Shown here: positions 48,500 to 53,867 of the stretch, in pieces | How positions within the stretch are numbered: position 1 is the first letter of the stretch | How the letters are laid out: the number at the start of each line of letters is the position of its first letter | DNA from: an uncultured Planctomycetaceae bacterium | GTDB taxonomy: Bacteria > Planctomycetota > Planctomycetia > Planctomycetales > Planctomycetaceae | Direction of reading: 5' to 3' | Length of the DNA stretch: 53,867 nt | Assembly (NCBI GenBank): GCA_963813715.1 | Contig: CAWFAK010000001.1 | Span: 1-53,867 of the forward strand | Program-made: the position numbers and the translations under genes | The notes under the pieces: generated by a model | The model's input: the letters and a program-made list of their open reading frames with translations, nothing else | Told to the model about the DNA's origin: nothing | The model's database searches: none

Positions 48500-49438
48500 T
48501 CAGGCTTTCAGATTCTTGCTCATCTGGCGCGGCCTGCTGCCGCCGTTTTTTCGCACGCCCGGGCCGTTCTTTCGCACGTCTGACGGCGTGCAGCCGAACT
48601 CGCGGCGGAAGGCGTCGGTGAAGTGACTGTGGCTGGAGAAGTTGAGCTCGAGGGCGAGCGCCGTGAGGTCGCGGGCCCCCTGCTCCAGTCGCTCGAGCGC
48701 CGTGCGGAGACGCAGCCGAGCGAGGTAGCGATGGATGGGCACGCCTGTTTGTCGCTGAAAGACTCGCGCGAGATGAAACGGGGACGTGTCGACGGCACGG
48801 CCGATTTCCTCGAGCGTCACGCGCTCGCACAAACGGGTGGCCAGCACACCTTTCACGGCCTCGGTCAGCTCGGCGTGCGCCGTCTCAGTGTCGACGCGCC
48901 GCTTCTTGCGCGGCAGTCCGTCGCGGGCGAACGCCGCCTCGAGCACGTCGGCGACGAGCTGCAGCGCCGTCTCGTCGGCCCACAGCGGTGCGAGCGGCTC
49001 CGCGGCCGCCCTTTCGAGTCGCAGCACCAGCTCGCGGTGCTTCAAGAAAGAGTCTTTGACGCACGGACCCGTGACGAAGGGAAACGGCCGATTGGGACGC
49101 TCATCCACAGTCGGATCGAGCTCGCGAATGATATCGACGAGCACCGACGGCGCGGGGGCCAGAATCGTCCCGCGATCGCCGCAATCGGCCGGATGGCTCA
49201 CCCGGTAGGTCGAGCCCTTCGAAAAGAAGATGCTCTGATTGACGTCGGCCGTCACGCCGCGTCGACCGAAGTGCTTGCAGAAGGCGCCCGAGCGCATCAG
49301 CACGATGCTGTTTTCGTCGGAAGACTCCTCGGCCTCGGGGCCGCCGCGGCAGGCCCGGCAAACGTAATCGCGCACGCTCACCAACGGGCTCTGGTAGAGC
49401 ACGCGGAATTCCAGCGGCAGCTCGGCGGCCGTCGACAT
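48500..49438 (-). CDS. AraC family transcriptional regulator
   Basis: VTLEEIG...SPFHLARVFQRQTG...LRLRTA...FSSHSHFTDAFRREFGCTPS. Confidence 0.93.
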   Translation of the reverse strand: MSTAAELPLEFRVLYQSPLVSVRDYVCRACRGGPEAEESSDENSIVLMRSGAFCKHFGRRGVTADVNQSIFFSKGSTYRVSHPADCGDRGTILAPAPSVLVDIIRELDPTVDERPNRPFPFVTGPCVKDSFLKHRELVLRLERAAAEPLAPLWADETALQLVADVLEAAFARDGLPRKKRRVDTETAHAELTEAVKGVLATRLCERVTLEEIGRAVDTSPFHLARVFQRQTGVPIHRYLARLRLRTALERLEQGARDLTALALELNFSSHSHFTDAFRREFGCTPSDVRKNGPGVRKNGGSRPRQMSKNLKA

Positions 49439-49664
49439 GAGTCCATCGTAAGTTTTTGGCCGGGCGGAATCAAAACCGCGCCATGCCGCTCGGTTGACTT
49501 GTCGGCGTTGCGACCGGCGGCTGAGAATGTCGACTTTGTCCGTTGCGTGAATCCAAGTTTCCGAGTTGCTGACGGATCGCTTCCGAGCGACTGGCCATCG
49601 CCCGATTGTCGCCAGCAACCCGTTGGCGACTGCTCTCGCCCACGGTGAAAGCCGGGCGAATGCG

Positions 49665-50111
49665 TCACCACTTCCGGTAAGGAAGAAACTTGCCGCTGTA
49701 AGTCACGACGACCCGATCCCCTTTGGGATCAGATTTCTTCTGAATGTCGATCTCGAAATCGATGGCACTCATGATGCCGTCGCCGAACTGTTCGTGGATT
49801 ACGGCTTTGATCGCCGTGCCATAGACCTGCGTGATCTCGTGGAATCGGTAAATGAGCGGATCGACGGGGACTTGCTGCTCGAGCGACCCTTTGAGGGGCG
49901 GCTCTTGAAGGATTGGGGCGAATTCGTCGTCAAGGCCCAACAGAGTGAGCAGGGTGGTGGCTTCTTCGGCGGAACAAGTGGCCTGGCCGTATACCGCAGC
50001 CGCCGTCCAAACCGGGTGTCGATTGATGGCTTTGGCCAGCATCTCGAACGAAAGTTTTTTGGTTCGCTTGGCATCCAGGATTTGCGAGGTCAATTCCGCT
50101 CGTGAAATCAT
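49665..50111 (-). CDS. cynS: Cyanase (cyanate hydratase), copy 2
   Basis: DPLIYRFHEI...FGDGIMSAIDF...GKFLPY; collinear with copy 1. Confidence 0.95.
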   Translation of the reverse strand: MISRAELTSQILDAKRTKKLSFEMLAKAINRHPVWTAAAVYGQATCSAEEATTLLTLLGLDDEFAPILQEPPLKGSLEQQVPVDPLIYRFHEITQVYGTAIKAVIHEQFGDGIMSAIDFEIDIQKKSDPKGDRVVVTYSGKFLPYRKW

Positions 50112-50175
50112 GCTTCGTCCCCAGGGAATAACGGACAGAGCCAGCGCTCCGCGGTCAGCGAGCAAGTCGCCCAGA

Positions 50176-50205
50176 ACGATACGCTGCCAGATGCGATCCC
50201 GTCAA
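50176..50205 (-). promoter_or_regulatory. Putative sigma-70 promoter of cynS copy 2
   Basis: TTGACG-18 nt-TATCGT, as for copy 1. Confidence 0.65.
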
Positions 50206-50390
50206 TTTGTTGGAGGCATCTCCTCGCGACTTCGGCTCCTGCGATTGGGGCGCGACATGCCGCATGCGAGATGAATCCCGATGACCGCATGAAACTTGAC
50301 GAAATGGCCGAGGGATTGGGACACTGCGGATGATCCCCGCGCGGGAGTCACAAGCCGACGCGAATCCCTCTTCATCAGGCGGTGCATCTT

Positions 50391-51593
50391 ATGGCCAAAA
50401 TTGTCTGTGTGCTTTACGACGATCCAGTCGACGGTTATCCCAAAACGTACGCGCGTGATGGCCTTCCCCCGCTTCGAGCGCTACCCCGACGGCCAGACGC
50501 TGCCGACTCCAAAGAGCATCGATTTCAAGCCCGGCGAGTTGTTGGGAAGCGTCTCCGGCGAGCTGGGGCTCCGCAAATTCCTGGAGGGTCTGGGGCATAA
50601 ACTGATCGTCACCTCGGACAAGGACGGTGCAGGATCGGCGCTCGACAAAGAATTGCCCGACACGGAGATCGTCATTTCGCAGCCGTTTTGGCCCGCCTAT
50701 TTGACGGCGGAGCGGATCGCCAAATCGCCCAAGCTTAAACTTGCCATCACGGCGGGCATCGGTTCAGACCACGTCGATCTGCAGGCAGCCATCGATCACA
50801 AGCTGACCGTCGTCGAGGTCACCTATTGCAACAGCATCAGCGTCGCGGAACACGTCGTGATGATGATTCTGGGATTGGTCCGCAATTACATTCCGTCCTA
50901 CCAATGGGTCCTGAAGAAAGGCTGGAACATCGCGGACTGCGTAGCTCGATCCTACGACCTGGAAGGGATGACTGTGGGAACCGTCGCGGCCGGACGCATC
51001 GGCACGGCCGTCCTGCGGCGATTGAAGCCCTTCGACGTGAAACTGCATTACACCGATCGGCATCGGCTGCCCGAGAGTGTCGAGAAAGAGCTGAATCTGA
51101 CATTTCATTCCGACGTCGAGTCGATGGTCAAAGTCTGCGACGTGGTCACGATTAACTGCCCGCTGCATCCCGAGACCGAGCATCTGTTTAATGACAAGCT
51201 CATCGGAAAGATGAAGCGCGGCGCGTACCTCATCAACACGGCCCGAGGCAAAATCTGCGATCGAGACGCGGTCGTGCGGGCTCTGGAGAGCGGCCAGCTC
51301 GCCGGCTATGCGGGGGACGTCTGGTTTCCGCAGCCGGCGCCCAGGATCATCCCTGGCGGACGATGCCGCACCACGGAATGACACCGCATATTTCGGGCAC
51401 CAGTTTATCCGCGCAGGCCCGATACGCCGCAGGCACCCGCGAAATTCTGGAATGTTACTTCGAGGGCCGGCCCATTCGCGAACAATACCTGATTGTTAAG
51501 GACGGCAAGCTGGCGGGGGCCGGAGCGCATTCGTACAGCGCGGGCAATGCGACGCGGGGCGCGGAGGAAGCGGCTCGATTCAGAAAGGCGTAG
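50391..51593 (+). CDS. fdh: NAD-dependent (metal-independent) formate dehydrogenase (indels near 50465 and 51340)
   Basis: MAKIVCVLYDDP, GELLGSVSGELGLRKFLE, SQPFWPAYLT, AGIGSDHVDL, TVAAGRIG, YTDRH, GDVWFPQP, MTPHISGT. Confidence 0.95.
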
Positions 51594-51788
51594 TCGGCGG
51601 GCGTCGGCGAAAGGCCGGCTGAAATGCGGGAAATCCGCGAGATTTTGCGGCCGCCTCGCGCACGCTTTCGCTCCGCGCGACTTGCGATACACTGAAAGAC
51701 TGCCAGGAAGCAACGCGTAATTTTTCCGCACGAGCGGCTGCGAAGGGCTGGGATGTCGTCGTTGCCGGGCTGCCCCTTGGAGGTTTCG

Positions 51789-53721
51789 ATGACCCGCCTG
51801 TTGCCCGCTGTCGCCTTGTTGTGCCTGGCCCCCTGGACCGCTTGGGCGGGCAATCCGTCCGAGTCGAAGTCGGCGCCGATCAAGCTGTTTGTCGATCTCA
51901 GCAGCGCCTCGCAACGCATCTATCACGCGCGTCTCGAATTCCCGGTGCAGCCCGGACCGCTCACTCTGTATTACCCCAAGTGGATTCCCGGGAATCACGG
52001 ACCTTCGGGGCCAATTGCCGATCTCGCCGGCCTCAAGATCAAGGCCAGCAGCAAGGACGTGCCCTGGCGACGCGATGACATCGACATGTACGCCTTCCAC
52101 TGCACCGTGCCCGAGGGCGTAGGGACGCTCGACGTGGCCCTCGATCTCTTGGCAGCCGGCCGCGGCGGATTTGGCGACGCCACGCAGAACATCGCCGTTC
52201 TCCGCTGGAACCAGGTCGCTCTGTATCCAAAGGGCAAGCCGATCGACAGCATCGACTTCCAGGCGTCGGTGAAAGTGCCCGCCGGCTGGAAATTGAGCAC
52301 GGCCCTGCCGATCGTTTCGCAGACGGGCGACGTAACCCAATTCGGCGTCGTCGACTTGGAGACGCTGGTCGATTCGCCCGTGATCACCGGTTGCTACTTC
52401 CGCGAAATTGCCCTCGGTAAGGGAGAACCGCAGCACTACCTCGACCTGGCCTCCGACAGCGCGGCCGGCCTCGAAATCACGCCCAAGCAAAAGGCCGCCT
52501 ACGAAAAGCTGGTGGCCGAGGCGGGGGCCCTGTTCGGATCGCGTCATTACAAGCTCTACCGTTTTCTGGTCACGCTCAGCGACAAGATGCCCCATCACGG
52601 GCTCGAACACCACCAATCGAGCGACGACGGCATGGGCGAACACGCTATGTCGGACGATGAAAGCGGAAAAGCCATCGCGACGCTGCTGCCGCACGAGTAC
52701 GTTCATTCGTGGAACGGCAAGTTCCGCCGCCCGGCGGGCCTGGTCACTCCCACTTATCAAGAAGACAACAACACTCGGCTCCTGTGGGTCTATGAGGGTC
52801 TGACCGATTACTTGGGGATGGTGCTGGCTGCCCGCAGCGGTTTGTATACGCCCGAAGAAACACGCGACTATCTGGCCCTCACCGCCGAACATCTGCAGAA
52901 CACCAAGGGCCGCGAATGGCGACCCCTGGAAGACACCACGCTGATCGCGCCGATGCGCGGCTATGAGTCGTCGGGGTGGACGGCGTGGCGGCGCTCCGTC
53001 GACTATTACGATGAAGGCATCCTGATCTGGCTCGAGATCGACACCAAGATCCGCCAGCTCACCAACGACAAAAAGTCCGTCGACGACTTCTGCAAGCTGT
53101 TTCACGGCGGGCCTGGGGGGAAGGTTGAGGTCAAACCCTACGAGTTCGACGACGTGATCGCCGGACTCAACGCAATCGCTCCCTACGACTGGAAAACTCT
53201 GCTCAACAAGCGGCTGACCGAAACCGCCAATCACGCTCCTGTCAACGGCATCGAGCAAGGGGGCTGGCGGCTCACGCTCAGCGAAAAGGCGTCTCCCTTC
53301 GAGAAGGCCACGGCCGGCGGCCGGCGCCGCGGTCTCGATTTGTCAGCCTCGCTGGGACTTGTGCTCGGCGCCGAGGGCAACATCATGGACGTCGTGCTCG
53401 ATACGCCGGCCTACAAGGCGGGAGTTGGCCCGGGGATGAAACTGGTCGGAGTCAACGCGAGGAGGTTCAGCCCCAAGGTGCTCGACGAGGCGCTCGCCGC
53501 GACCAAGAAGCCCGGGAACCCGGTGGTCCTCTTGATCGAGGACGGCGACTTCTTCCGCACCTACACGCTCAATTATCAGGGGGGCGCGGCACCCGCACCT
53601 CGAGCGGATCAAGGGCCAGCCCGACTACCTCGACCAGATCTTCGCACCGCTCACCGGACCCGTGGAAAAGCATCCCCAAAAGGGACACGACAAGGCGGGG
53701 CACCAGGCGGCCGCCGGCTGA
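51789..53721 (+). CDS. M61 family glycyl aminopeptidase with C-terminal PDZ domain (indel near 53588; absent from ORF track)
   Basis: ggagg RBS, signal peptide MTRLLPAVALL, YPKWIPGNH, LVDSP, GLEH, LLPHEYVHSWNGK, LWVYEGLT.Y, DYYDEG, PAYKAGV; corrected frame ends HPHLERI...AAG*. Confidence 0.9.
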
Positions 53722-53784
53722 ACGTACGTCATTCTCGTGAGGTCAGGAAGACGACTCAACAGAGAAGCACCGGCGGCCAGTTCC

Positions 53785-53867
53785 GTAGGGCAAGCTGCCA
53801 GCTTGCCCCTTGTCTACGTTTTATCAGGCTTGGGAAAGATGGGCGGGCAAGCCGGCGGCCTCGCCCT
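53785..53867. repeat. GTAG-type REP inverted doublet (family B, second copy, truncated by window end)
   Basis: gtagggcaagctgccagcttgccc identical to 5403-5426; diverged inverted arm gggcaagccggcggcctcgccct from 53845. Confidence 0.85.

Noticed and set aside
51405..53258. 617-aa minus-strand ORF
   Set aside because: Antisense shadow of the M61 peptidase gene; no motifs of its own.

Overview
GC-rich bacterial DNA, most consistent with a Planctomycetota genome (ECF sigma/anti-sigma pair, PQQ-type beta-propeller proteins, BlaI/BlaR1-like pair, LRR protein, REP-like doublets). The taxonomy is inference. Bases 1-14.7 kb hold envelope and lipid housekeeping genes (ECF sigma, mlaEFD-like ABC system, LRR protein, propeller, DCC, vWA, LplT-Aas fusion) separated by four different REP-like inverted doublets. 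From the aas 3' end to a tRNA-Ala(GGC) at 47984-48056 lies a patchwork of accessory modules. Right of the tRNA are an AraC gene with a Cys-rich microprotein, a second cyanase, NAD-formate dehydrogenase and an M61 aminopeptidase. Many genes carry 1-nt indels, probably uncorrected long-read errors. Best candidate for an undescribed system: a ~2.8 kb cassette (14.7-17.5 kb) bracketed by the aas 3' end and a decayed copy of it. It encodes two head-to-head, full-length paralogous zinc-binding HNH-like proteins and a helical Rx4H (HEPN-like) protein, i.e. a putative anti-phage or toxin module. Also notable: an output-less CHASE2 sensor followed by two secreted proteins sharing a duplicated N-terminal module, one with GQGQY low-complexity repeats, and two cyanase paralogs with a conserved promoter and 5' leader. 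All calls were made by eye; no database searches were run.
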